Origin: a virus | Virus record (IMG/VR): IMGVR_UViG_3300034024_000020 | Span: 1-64,000 of that record | Direction: 5' to 3' (one strand) | Length of the DNA stretch: 64,000 nucleotides | Shown: one piece after another, positions 19,579-30,130 of the stretch | Layout: every line of letters begins with the position of its first letter | Position numbering within the stretch: position 1 is the first letter of the stretch | The notes under the pieces: model-generated | The model's database searches: none | What the model was told of the DNA's origin: nothing | Seen by the model: only the letters and a program-made list of their open reading frames with translations | Translations under genes and position numbers: made by a program

Positions 19579-22569
19579 AGTGATTGATGTAGAACTTAGC
19601 CGAGCAGAGCTAGAGCTTATCAAAGACCTAGCTAAAACTGCTATTCGACAGAGATTGTTTCCTGATAATTCTTTATATGAACTAGAGAAGTATATGGATC
19701 AGATGTTGGAAGAACTCGAGGATATGGAAGGTGAAAAAGTTGTTTGATTATTTTAACCGACTTCGCTGGGCACATGCCTATTTTGGTGCGGGAGAGGGTA
19801 AAGTCTCTCCGTTTGAAGCCCTTTATGTAATGGATTTGATTGATGCTGACACCTATCGACGTTTCGAGGGCCGTTAAACTTCCTGCTAAGTTTAAATACT
19901 ACAGGGAGGGAGTCCTCTATTATGAGACCGGACTTGGTGACGTTTTTGGCGTTCCCTTGGATGATCTCGGAAAAGCTACCGTAAATGCTGAGGAGAAAGG
20001 AATTCTTCTCATGCGATATATGAGACTACACAACGAGGCTATTAAAAATGCGAAATCTGATTGACAATGCGACTAACAACCCAGGTATGACTGTGCTATG
20101 TGTAGCACTGATCGTCCTTGCGATCTTCATTATCTATGCCAATTTCTTTGCTCCGCGCAGAGAGATTGAACTAGTACATGAACCCCGTTATGAAAAGTTC
20201 GGTAACTACGGAAACGGAGCCAACGAACAGGACGGTCGAATGCCTGCTGTAGGCGATGCTTTTAGCTCTAAGTAAAAGGAAATATAAATGCCATTTGTTA
20301 TTGTAGCCTTTCTAGCATTGATTGCTTACCCTGCGTATCTGCTTTATAATGAGATCGAGGAATTTCTAGAAGAGGAAAACATGAATTTTCGAGAATTTGT
20401 GGAGATGATGAAGCAGGATGCTCGATCTTAAGAATGTAATCTGGGAACTTAGGTGGTCTAAGGCAGGCAACCGTATTATCATCACAGAAATAGATAATGA
20501 AAATGTCTATTTTGAGGATATCTGTGATCGTGAAGATGTTGGCTGCCTAACCATTGATAAGTTCTGCAAAAACTATAAAGCAGTAGGAGAACTACAATGA
20601 AGGCACTATACGCTGTAAGCTATACTGAATACGAGCGAGGCTGGGGTCAACGCCCAGATGGAACCTCCTACCATAGGAGTGAGGAAGATGCCAAGGCGTT
20701 CACAAAACGTATTCACGGCGATAGAAGTGGTAGCGTGCCTGACGAGTATACTAATGCTGACGGTCCTCCACGTCTAGTAGAAGTTAGTGATGCATTATAC
20801 GATCATGTTCAGGTAGGCGGTAATTACTGGTCTACTATGAATAGTTTCACGCAAGCACGCAATTGGAGTGTGCTCAATCCGAAAGGTATGTAATGGCTGA
20901 TATTCTAGCAGTTGTGCTGACTATAGCTTTGCTTGGTAGCGGACTCTATTTCTATGTCTTTGACCGGCAGCCGAAATAGTTCTTGACTTTGTACCTGTTC
21001 TGCCCTATACTGGTCAGACAACGGGAGAGAATTATGGACCGCGAATTAGCTGAAAAGATTGCTTACGATTTGCTCGGCACTTGCCGCTCTCTAGCTGACA
21101 TTGCTCTCAATTATCACAATGTAGAAATTGATGATCTCTCTCATGAAGAAGAGGACCTTTTACATGATGTAGTTGACAACATTACATTCGAATGTATTGA
21201 ATGTGGTTGGTTTCAGGAGGCGGGCTACTGGAACACTGACGATACCGATAATGGTAATATTTGCCTAGACTGTAGGCCGATGGAGGATTAATGGACGACA
21301 ATGTAGAAGAGTATGATTTCGATGGGGATTGTGCTGTTGAATGCGAACCTTTGAGCGAGCGTCGTATGCTCATTATCAAAGTTCTACAAGGTGGAGATAT
21401 TCACGCTGAGGATAATGATGGGCAGATGATTATCGTTCGAGACGACGGAACCGTTAGTTCGTTCCTTCACGGAGATACCGATTGGGTTCAGGGGGAGTTG
21501 ACTGTCAATGGTGAAAACTATTGGGAGGGAACTGCTTGGGACGTTATCGGATATCATCTGGGTATGACTGACGGTGCCCAAATGGAGAGGGCCCGAGGTG
21601 GATCAACTCAGTAGAGACTTGCAGGTTGTATTTGGATTTTCCAAAGCAAATGCACTTTCAGCTGTATGGCTGTACAGAAGAGGAAAGTTAAGTCCGGAAG
21701 AGGATGATATGCTTTTCTATCTTGAGAAGAAGCCTTGGGATCAACCCATGTTTCGAAATAAGGATTTGCCCAATGTTAAACCGGGCATGGAAAGAGTCCT
21801 AGAGCATCTAAACTATAGGATAACAGAAGCGGGTGGAAACCCAGTATAAGAGGTACATAATTAATGCCAACATTTCTAATTGTCGTAGGAACTCTAGTTT
21901 TACTGATTGGTACAACTATCTTGAGGGGTATTACCCTTAGCGTATTGTGGGGTTGGTTTATCGTTCCGCTAGGTGTTGTTTCAATTGGCATCCCTGCTGC
22001 TATGGGTATCGCCATGTTGGTTGCCATGATGACATGGCAAGACGTGGTAACTCAGAAGCGAGAGCTAGGTGGGGCTTTCGGCGTTGCAATCGGACAATGC
22101 CTATTCGCACTACTAGCCGGGTATATTCTTACCCTGTTCATGTGAGGTTAATGAGGGTCTCGCTTCTAACGAAGCGGGGCCCTTTAATTTAGTTCTTGAC
22201 ATGTACCCCTCGGTCTGCTATAATGGGTTCATATCTGGAGATAAGTCCGATTTGCCCTATTAGGCCAGGTACATATAATGATAACAGTAACCATAAAGAA
22301 CCAAGGGGCTATTGAATTCGAAGACTTCGAGAACGCTATGGCGTTTGTAGAAGAGCATCCAGAGATGTATGCATTCGATGTTGAAAATTTATCACTATTT
22401 AGCGATGAACCCTTTGAGGGTTTGATTATAGCGGAAGAAGCCATCAAAGAAGTATTCCAGTGTGCTGGATGCAAGGTATGTGTAGGCTTCCATAGACGCT
22501 CTGATCAAAAAGAACTAAGAGTTAAATGTCCTAATTGTGAAGCAATCCATAATATAAAGGTTAAAGACG

Positions 22570-23112
22570 ATGCTAGAGCATCTAAAAGCTAGAGGAATGG
22601 ATGTAAGCCTGTATCCCCACATGGGTTATACAGAGGACGAAGTCACTTTCCCACTTTACAATTTTGGTGGGAAGCGTACCGGCTTACTTCGGTACAAACC
22701 AAGCGTCGGTAAGGATCGACGAAATGACCCGAAAAGCACGAGATATTATACCTTTATAGCAGATAAGGGGGAAATCGGAGTATTCGGACTTGAAAGCTTG
22801 GATTTTTCTAAGACAATCTATCTTGTAGGAGGCATGTTCAAAGCTTCTACTTTACATCGTCTTGGATTTGCAGCACTCCATGTTTCAGCGGTTTCTTATA
22901 AAGTGTTGAAACCCCAGTTACGCCTGCTCCGCAGGCCCTATCTGGCAATCGGAGACAATGACGATGAAGGTCGTCAATTCGTACGAAGATATGGAGGTTT
23001 CACAAGTCCTGTGGACGTTGATGAAATGTCTGATAGAGATGTTCTGGAAATGCTAAAGGCCGGGGATTACTCCCCGGCCTTTCTTATTTGTAGAAAAGAT
23101 GATTGCCAATAG
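22570..23112 (+). CDS. Toprim/primase-like protein
   Basis: FPLYN..G, GLESL and IGDNDDEG motifs. Confidence 0.6.
   Translation: MLEHLKARGMDVSLYPHMGYTEDEVTFPLYNFGGKRTGLLRYKPSVGKDRRNDPKSTRYYTFIADKGEIGVFGLESLDFSKTIYLVGGMFKASTLHRLGFAALHVSAVSYKVLKPQLRLLRRPYLAIGDNDDEGRQFVRRYGGFTSPVDVDEMSDRDVLEMLKAGDYSPAFLICRKDDCQ
23057..23082. terminator. Bidirectional terminator between convergent units
   Basis: aaaggccgggga-ttac-tccccggccttt. Confidence 0.7.
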
Positions 23113-23446
23113 AAGTAACAAATTTATGAGGCCATTTCACTCTAGCATGTTTTGCTTTGAAGTAAAGGGACCCTCTAGTAAGATCATAGCCTCTATTAGC
23201 TGCGGCCCTCATGGAATCTAACCATTGACTTCCGCCTCCAGTTCTGTATTTGAACTGTCCGCGTTGTCTAACGATTTCACAAGGACTCTTCTTCTGTTTT
23301 TTAGCTCGATTCATAATTACGTGTGCAACAGCTTGCTTACCAGCAAAACTTTCAGCACGGGCTTCTGCATAGATAGCCTGTGCCATGCAATGATTTTGTA
23401 TATCCAATAAAAAATGAAGGGGACCTTGCGGCCCCCTTCTCCTCAC
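23084..23446 (-). CDS. SleB/Hydrolase_2 cell-wall hydrolase (true start may be ~23407)
   Basis: CMAQAIYAEARAE, VAHVIMNR, QF, IGNHLFY motifs. Confidence 0.85.
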   Translation of the reverse strand: MRRRGPQGPLHFLLDIQNHCMAQAIYAEARAESFAGKQAVAHVIMNRAKKQKKSPCEIVRQRGQFKYRTGGGSQWLDSMRAAANRGYDLTRGSLYFKAKHARVKWPHKFVTSIGNHLFYK

Positions 23447-23628
23447 TTGCTTGCCATCTCGCGTCTATGGCGGGCTATAGCCGCTCTTTTCTTTCGTCGA
23501 CGCTTGTCACTAGGCTTTTCATAGAAGCGCTTCTCTTGTAGCGCTCGGAAGACTCCCTCTTCCATGAGCTTGCGCTTTAGTACGCGCATAGCCCTATCAA
23601 CATTGTTATTTCTAACCTCAACTCGCAT
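23443..23628 (-). CDS. rpsU: 30S ribosomal protein S21
   Basis: MRVEVRNNNVDRAMRVLKRK...FYEKPS.KRRR. Confidence 0.9.
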   Translation of the reverse strand: MRVEVRNNNVDRAMRVLKRKLMEEGVFRALQEKRFYEKPSDKRRRKKRAAIARHRREMASK

Positions 23629-24002
23629 TAGATTTTCTTTCCATTATCCTTGAGTCGGTTTTCAATTTTATGGTCTTCTCTAGTGATATTATAAGCACAC
23701 TTTTCTACAAGTGCATTTCCAATATCTAAACCATAACCTGCACAATAGTCCAGGATTCTGATTATAGCGTCCGCCATTTCCACAACTTCCATTGGATAAT
23801 GTGGTAATTTGTCGTCCGCTAGATTCTTCCTAACGCCTTCTAGGGCTTCGGAAACTTCTGAATGAATTAGAGCTATAGTCTCTCCCTTGTTTCTAACAAG
23901 TGGCTCACCTGTATGGATATCCGTCCACCACTTTTCGTTGTGGTGATGAATGGTTCCAGCTAATTCGTTCAATATGTCTGCAAATTCTTGCCTATAGTTC
24001 AT
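23628..24002 (-). CDS. MazG-like nucleotide pyrophosphohydrolase
   Basis: LIHSEVSEALEG...EMADAIIRILD. Confidence 0.8.
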   Translation of the reverse strand: MNYRQEFADILNELAGTIHHHNEKWWTDIHTGEPLVRNKGETIALIHSEVSEALEGVRKNLADDKLPHYPMEVVEMADAIIRILDYCAGYGLDIGNALVEKCAYNITREDHKIENRLKDNGKKI

Positions 24003-24574
24003 TTAACTCCCATCAGCATAAGCTGAAGTTGAGTCACGATCACACTAAGTTGATGATTGTACGTTTCCGTAGTTACATCAACTCCGTGATCGTGACAGAA
24101 TGTGGTAATTTGATCAGTAGCGAAATTCATCACGTCCTGATTCCGGCTCTCTTTAGTTTCCAGATGATCAGCTTCTTCGAAGTCATCAATAGGAAGTGCT
24201 ACAACGTTGCTCAACGTACAACCCTCAAATAAGGAGCGCGTCGGTTAGTATCGAAATCAAGATTAGCCTCCAAAGTGGCAACCTTCTTTCCCTCTAGCCG
24301 AGCTTCCAATTTATCAAAAAGTCTTTGAGTTGCGTCTCGTGGAGTCTTCGTACGAACGCTTCTACGCGTTCCATTCGAAATCTTCTTCGCTCTACGTTTC
24401 TTAGTACCCAAAGGTCCATCCTCTCTTTCTTAGATAGTATATTTGACTGTAAATCGCAGTCTCCGATCTACCCGGCAGTTTCTCTCGAAGTTCTGACAGG
24501 GGAACAATACCGTAATACTTCTTCAGAACGATGCGTTCCGCCAAAGACCACGGTCTTTTCTCATATTTCATGTC

Positions 24575-24615
24575 CCATTATACACAACATAGACCTCGAA
24601 GTCAAGAACTATTTT
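24575..24615 (-). promoter_or_regulatory. Minus-strand phage promoter driving the rpsU/MazG/SleB unit
   Basis: Reverse complement AAAATAGTTCTTGACT-N17-TATAATGGG. Confidence 0.8.
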
Positions 24616-24701
24616 AGGTTAGGGATGCAACCACAACTGAATAAATGTCTTGACTTGAACTACTGAACACGCTATAATGGGACTCAATAAGGGAGATTTG
24701 A

Positions 24702-25175
24702 ATGCCTAGTAATCCGATGGATTTTGTCCGTGATTTCCTCAATTATGTGGAGAAAGAGGGCGTCTACGATCATTTCGATAGAGACAGTCAGAAAATGGTG
24801 ACGTCTCCCGGTGTGCAAGTACTGATTAAAGATGCTAGGAGTTACTTACCTCCTAAGCTTAAGGGTAAGCAGGCTGCTACTCTTATGCGCGATCTGCCGG
24901 ATGAGATGCGTGAGAAGCTTATTGAAAAGAGTGACAGGGAGCGAGTCGTAGACTTGCGAACTGCGTTCGCCCGTAAGCAAGCCGAAAACGGTGGAGCTCG
25001 CGGAGTCCTGGAACGTCTAGTAGCTTCTGTAAATGAGGGCTTCGATCAGGAGGAGTTTGAGAAAATCCTTCGAGATGCTAAGGGCCTTGTTGCAGGGCCG
25101 GAGACTGTTTATAACAGCGCGGAGGAAGTTAATGAGTCAACAGACGCTCCTGAACAAACTACAGTCACTACGTAA
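24702..25175 (+). CDS. Hypothetical protein
   Basis: Promoter at 24650; GGGAG RBS. Confidence 0.65.
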   Translation: MPSNPMDFVRDFLNYVEKEGVYDHFDRDSQKMVTSPGVQVLIKDARSYLPPKLKGKQAATLMRDLPDEMREKLIEKSDRERVVDLRTAFARKQAENGGARGVLERLVASVNEGFDQEEFEKILRDAKGLVAGPETVYNSAEEVNESTDAPEQTTVTT

Positions 25176-25618
25176 TCTATCGTACATTATGGCGCTTCAT
25201 GCGGCTGATGTAAATGCGGGTGTAGGGGATCAGAAAGCTTTAACAAAAGCTATTGCAGATTTCCTTGAAAAAGAAAGAGAAATAATGAAACTCGAAGCAG
25301 ATATGAGGTACTATGCGTAAAACTATTGCACAACGACTCCAACTAGATAATTGTCGGAAGCTTCCGAACGATGCTACTGCACAGGAAATTGCAGATATGC
25401 ATAAGATTAAGTTGGGTAAGAAGGCTCGACTTAGGCAGCGCTACATCCCTGATCCAGAGCATATCTTTGCCAATATCTCGGTAAATCACCCAGATTATGG
25501 CATGACTCCTAGGGAGCATGCCGCAGCTAAGGCCGCTCGGGCCAACACTTAAAATAGTTCTTGACAGGGGGCTCAAAATCTTGTATTATGGGTCTTCAGA
25601 ACGGGAAAAGGATTAAAA

Positions 25619-25891
25619 ATGGAAGAGCAAGAAACTAACATTCTCAATCTTATCGCTGATATTCGCACTCTTGGCGATGATCTAGAAGAGCGTAGCGAAG
25701 AGCTGGCAAAGCTTGAAGGACAGGTTGAAGATACGAAGGAAGATGTAGAGCATCTTCGTGCTGAAATTCGTGCTAAGCGAGATCAGCTAGACGGAATTCT
25801 CGATGAGCTTATTCCTGACCGTCAGGAAGAGGACCGAGGTAGTGGTTACGGCAATTTTGACCTTGTAAGTCCGATTCGCAGTAACTATTAA
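25619..25891 (+). CDS. Coiled-coil hypothetical protein
   Basis: Heptad-rich ORF after promoter 25561. Confidence 0.65.
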   Translation: MEEQETNILNLIADIRTLGDDLEERSEELAKLEGQVEDTKEDVEHLRAEIRAKRDQLDGILDELIPDRQEEDRGSGYGNFDLVSPIRSNY

Positions 25892-25894
25892 GAT

Positions 25895-26222
25895 ATAGTC
25901 GTTGACGACTGTAGTAAAAGCCGGAGGATACGCGGGTTCAACTCCCGCCACCTCCACCAAAACAAGACCGCCTTTTGCGCAGAGGGTAGCTAGGTTGGCA
26001 GGGTGGCTCGCGCAGCTGTCCGACAGGTTCGAGTCCTGAGTGTCTTGTTTTGATGGGGGTGAACTGGGATCGACCGAGGGCGGAATAAGCAATCTGAGAC
26101 TATTGACTGGCAAAGTGCCATAAGTAAAGGCAAATGATAATGAGCCTATGGAGGAAATGGAGCTTCGCCTAGCGGCGTAAGCTCTCTCCGGGGACTGGCC
26201 CACCTGTCACAACAACGGGCCA
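25895..26222 (+). ncRNA. ssrA: Two-piece (circularly permuted) tmRNA
   Basis: Acceptor piece ends gcggg-ttcaact-cccgc-cacctcc-a-CCA (25959); coding piece starts GGGGGTG (26055) giving G3.U70; tag ANDNEPMEEMELRLAA* at 26130-26180. Confidence 0.9.
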
Positions 26223-26727
26223 ACAAGCCGCGAGGCATCATTAGAAGCAGGAGAAGCAATGTTAACAGTAAAAATACGTAATAAAGACGGAAATGAGAAT
26301 ATAATTGAAGCAACCAGCGTAGAATGGATCGAGAAGCCCACACAGGGTGAAGTAGGTCACATTATGCCTGGTGTTTTGGCACATCTGCCCAACGGAGGTT
26401 GTTCAGAATATTTGCTAGACGATAATCCCGGTATGACTATCTGGGTTATGAATAGAGCGGGTGCAACAGTTTCTAACTACATTTTTGGTGAGAGATAATG
26501 GGGCATTACTCTGACCTAATGGAAGAAGACGATCGACGACAAAGAGCAGCGGATGCGGAGCGTCGAGAACAGAAAGGGAACGAAGTCCTAAAAAGAACTA
26601 GAGTTCTATTTCATGGCGTAGGAATGCTAGACCGACATATTGATATGAAGGTCGCAGAATTAGAAGGCTTAATCCTTAGATATATCAGGGGTGGCTAATT
26701 TAACATGAAAGGCGGTGAAAACCATAT

Positions 26728-27330
26728 ATGGCCACCTCTGATAACGTACTAGACTATCATAGATATATGAAGCAATTTTTGCAGGAATATCCTGTGAGTT
26801 TTAAATCAGTAAGGCCTTCAGGCCCTGCTATTTCTATGATGCGTGATAATTGTGCAACAAGTGTAGAGCCTGTTTTTACAACAGTATATAAAAGACGGGT
26901 AGCAACTAACCCTTGTAGTGAACTAATTTTTGATTGGAGTGATATGAATAAAGAAATTGATAGGACCCCTCATAGTCGCCGTAACTATGAGAATGGAATA
27001 AGAGCTAACGGACAAGTGCGAGGCAGCATTCTAGGTCGTAGTTTAAGGGCGGATGTAGAGATTAACGACTACAACGTTCTAATTTCTATGGAACTACCCG
27101 GTGTAGAGCAGGAAAGAATTTCAGTTCGAAGAATTGATGACGTTTTGCGCGTAACCGTTCGTCCGGAAGATACAGAGACTGTTGATGTTTGCACTCAGCA
27201 GTATAACAGTAAGGTTATTGAATATATTCTCGACCCACTAGAAGTGGTAGAGCATATTGAGCTTGACCTAGGAGTTCTCACAATCGTCACCACACGTGGT
27301 ACGGATGTAGAGGATTATGAGATCGACTAA
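26728..27330 (+). CDS. Small heat-shock protein (Hsp20) with RNR-motif-like N-terminal extension; alternative start at 26944
   Basis: ADVEIND...ISMELPGV...LDLGVLTIV alpha-crystallin pattern. Confidence 0.7.
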   Translation: MATSDNVLDYHRYMKQFLQEYPVSFKSVRPSGPAISMMRDNCATSVEPVFTTVYKRRVATNPCSELIFDWSDMNKEIDRTPHSRRNYENGIRANGQVRGSILGRSLRADVEINDYNVLISMELPGVEQERISVRRIDDVLRVTVRPEDTETVDVCTQQYNSKVIEYILDPLEVVEHIELDLGVLTIVTTRGTDVEDYEID

Positions 27331-27926
27331 TGCCATTATGGTTACTAGGCTTCTGGGGTAAATGGGGTAGAAAATTGATGGTGGGGGCGGCTATTCTAGC
27401 CGTCCTCGCCGGTCTTGTTTTCGCTGTCCATCAAATAGGCTACCAGAAAGGTCATAACGAATCAAAAGTAGCTATAGCTAAATATGAAGCGGGTGTACAA
27501 AAGCTAAGAGCAGATTTAGCGGTTGAAAGAGGCAAAGTAGACACTAAAGTTGTTACTGAATACCTTACAAAGCGTGAAACAGAAACAGTTGTAGAATATC
27601 GCAACAGAGACGTAATTCGCAACGCTGTGGTTTCCCGTCCAGAAAATCTTAGTAAGGGATGGGTTTATGCCCATAACCAAGCTACTAAAGGTCAGATTGT
27701 AGAGTTTGATCTTGCTAAGATAGGTACTCCATCAATTGTAAGAGATGTTGATGCTCTAGATATTATTCAACAGAATTACGCTATCGCTCGTAGAAACAAA
27801 GCTAAGCTAGACGGACTTCAGTCATGGGTTCGAGAAACAGGAAAAGCATATGAACAGGTTAATCGTAATCGCACTTCTGGTAGCGACAGCAGCGTGCAAC
27901 AGCCCCGCAAAACTTCCCGCCCCTGA
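27330..27926 (+). CDS. Inner-membrane spanin (Rz-like)
   Basis: N-terminal TM, helical periplasmic part ending LDGLQSWVRE, overlapping lipoprotein gene. Confidence 0.7.
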   Translation: MPLWLLGFWGKWGRKLMVGAAILAVLAGLVFAVHQIGYQKGHNESKVAIAKYEAGVQKLRADLAVERGKVDTKVVTEYLTKRETETVVEYRNRDVIRNAVVSRPENLSKGWVYAHNQATKGQIVEFDLAKIGTPSIVRDVDALDIIQQNYAIARRNKAKLDGLQSWVRETGKAYEQVNRNRTSGSDSSVQQPRKTSRP

Positions 27927-28023
27927 ACTAGAGTGGCGTAATCCTCCTGAGCAGTTAATGACTCCAGGAGAGGACCTTAAACCAATAGAGGAGAAACCAA
28001 AGCCGAATGTCGGACGTAAATAA
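27850..28023 (+). CDS. Outer-membrane spanin lipoprotein (Rz1-like)
   Basis: MNRLIVIALLVATAAC lipobox; Pro-rich PPEQLMTP; overlaps the Rz-like gene in another frame. Confidence 0.75.
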   Translation: MNRLIVIALLVATAACNSPAKLPAPELEWRNPPEQLMTPGEDLKPIEEKPKPNVGRK

Positions 28024-28462
28024 AACTTTAGAAGAAAGAGGCGCTCGCTACGGCAGCTTCGAAGATCATGCAGTTATCTCTCAAGGTCTTTTAGATGCTA
28101 TCAGAAAACTTGCAGCTTGGGAAAAACTAGAGCCGGATATGCGCCAGGCCATTTCTACAATCTTCGATAAGATTGCTAGAATTATGAATGGCGATCCCTA
28201 TTACACAGATAACTGGCATGACATTCAAGGTTATGCGCGTCTAGTTGAAGCTAGATTGCTGAAAGCTGAAGAAGACCGAAAGGGAGTCCTTTTCGAAGAG
28301 CCAGCTGAAGCACCTGATGCGGGGTGGATTAAGCTACCAAAAGACCCGCCAAGAATCGAAATGACTATTCCTGAGAACTCTGAAGCTTTCAGAGAATGGG
28401 AAAGACGTCATAAAGGAGAAGTCGCTTCTTCAAGCGCCGTGACAAACGGCCTAACGGATTAA
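28007..28462 (+). CDS. Conserved phage protein (DUF6378-like)
   Basis: TLEERGARYG.F...KIARI.NGD...DNWHDIQGYA. Confidence 0.7.
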   Translation: MSDVNKTLEERGARYGSFEDHAVISQGLLDAIRKLAAWEKLEPDMRQAISTIFDKIARIMNGDPYYTDNWHDIQGYARLVEARLLKAEEDRKGVLFEEPAEAPDAGWIKLPKDPPRIEMTIPENSEAFREWERRHKGEVASSSAVTNGLTD

Positions 28463-28831
28463 AATGGCTGATAAAATTGTACGATTCAAGATGAGAGTCG
28501 TAGATAATGATAGAGACGAAGCAACGCTAGCTCGCGTAGTTATGAATAGTGTAACAGACACTACTACACCAAAGGATACGTCCGGGGTATATGTAGCGGG
28601 AGAGCCACAGAATGCTCTTCGTTTCAAGATTAAGAATCCAGAAGTTGCTGATCTATTTCATGTAGGGCAAGACTATTATGTCGACTTTACTGAAACTAAG
28701 CAGGAAGAAGGTAGTAATGACGACCCTGATTCAAATGTAGAGGGTACTACCAATTACTAAATTGAATTTAGTTCTTGACTCTGAACTAAAAACTTCGTAT
28801 AATGGGTCATAAGAAAAGGGAGTCTTTTCAC

Positions 28832-29935
28832 ATGTTACATGATGCAGATAAAAACAAAAAGCGTCCAGGTGCTGAGCCTGCGACGCTTTCTGTCGTTAAG
28901 AAATATGATCTACTAGTCTTTATTGGTAGATTTCAGCCTCTTCATAAGGGTCATCAGGCCGTTATTGATAAGGCACTAGAACTCTCTAAGAGGGTCTTGG
29001 TTATAGCCGGTTCTATGGGCAAGGCCCGTTCCACGCGCAATCCGTTTACGTTCGACGAGCGTAAACATATGATCAATAGCGTCTATCCCGATGTAATCGT
29101 CCGCGGAATTTCCGATAGTGCGTATAACGACACTATGTGGGTTAACAACGTTCAGAAGATCGTTAAGGAAGTCAGCCTAGAAGTTGCTAATCCTGACGGT
29201 TTTCACAATAATGGCATCGCCGATCTAAATATTGGACTTATTGGTCATGAAAAGGATCATACGTCTTATTATCTTAAATTGTTCCCCCAGTGGGGCAACG
29301 AAGGCGTTGCACATGTCAACCCAATGAATGCTACGGCAATTCGAAATCAATGGTTCGAAGAGCCCGATCATCAGCGTTGGCAATGGGACGTCATTCTAGA
29401 CGACAATATCACTCGTTATATTATGAGCTTTGATAGGGAAATTTATCAGAAGCTTCGCGAGGAATATTACTACCTTAAAGCATATATGGAGGAATGGGGT
29501 GAAGGTCCACATCTCACTGGCGATAGCTTGGTTGAGGTGGGTGGCAACATTCTTCTCATTATCCGTGGCCAAGAATATGGTCATGGCTTGTACGCACTTC
29601 CCGGGGGCTTTCTTAAAAAGTACGAAAAGTTTCTTGACGGAGCCCTGCGAGAGCTTAGAGAAGAGACCCGGCTTAAAGTACCAGCTCCTGTTCTTAAGGG
29701 TTCGATCAAAGGATCCATGGTCTTTGATGATCCTCATCGCTCTGAGCGGGGTAGGATCGTTACTGTATGCCAACACATCGTATTGGAAAATGAGCTTAAT
29801 CTTCCTGAGGTTCGTGGTAGCGACGATGCCGAATGGGCTGGTTTTAGGCTGATTTCGGATATTGGTACTGAACTTACGGAAGACATGTTCTTCGAAGACC
29901 ATTTTCACATTATCAGAAAGATGCTAGGAATTTAA
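28832..29935 (+). CDS. Bifunctional NMN adenylyltransferase / Nudix hydrolase (NadM-Nudix)
   Basis: FIGRFQPLHKGH, RNPFT..ER, Nudix box GG...ALRELREET, GSDDA. Confidence 0.92.
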   Translation: MLHDADKNKKRPGAEPATLSVVKKYDLLVFIGRFQPLHKGHQAVIDKALELSKRVLVIAGSMGKARSTRNPFTFDERKHMINSVYPDVIVRGISDSAYNDTMWVNNVQKIVKEVSLEVANPDGFHNNGIADLNIGLIGHEKDHTSYYLKLFPQWGNEGVAHVNPMNATAIRNQWFEEPDHQRWQWDVILDDNITRYIMSFDREIYQKLREEYYYLKAYMEEWGEGPHLTGDSLVEVGGNILLIIRGQEYGHGLYALPGGFLKKYEKFLDGALRELREETRLKVPAPVLKGSIKGSMVFDDPHRSERGRIVTVCQHIVLENELNLPEVRGSDDAEWAGFRLISDIGTELTEDMFFEDHFHIIRKMLGI

Positions 29936-30130
29936 TTTGGCTTTTTATGTAGACGGCGGAGTTTTTACTGATACTGATTGGCAAAAGATCGAGCCCGGTA
30001 CAGAAGAAGTTTACGGACCTTACAAAACTTACGAAGAAGCTCTAGCCAAATGGCGGGGCGCGATGGGATGGAAGATTGACACTTGCACTCATCGCTTGTT
30101 TATTAAACTAATGTAGAGGGAGTCTTTACA

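Noticed and set aside
25787-26343. Minus-strand ORFs over the tmRNA
   Set aside because: Antisense to a well-supported tmRNA
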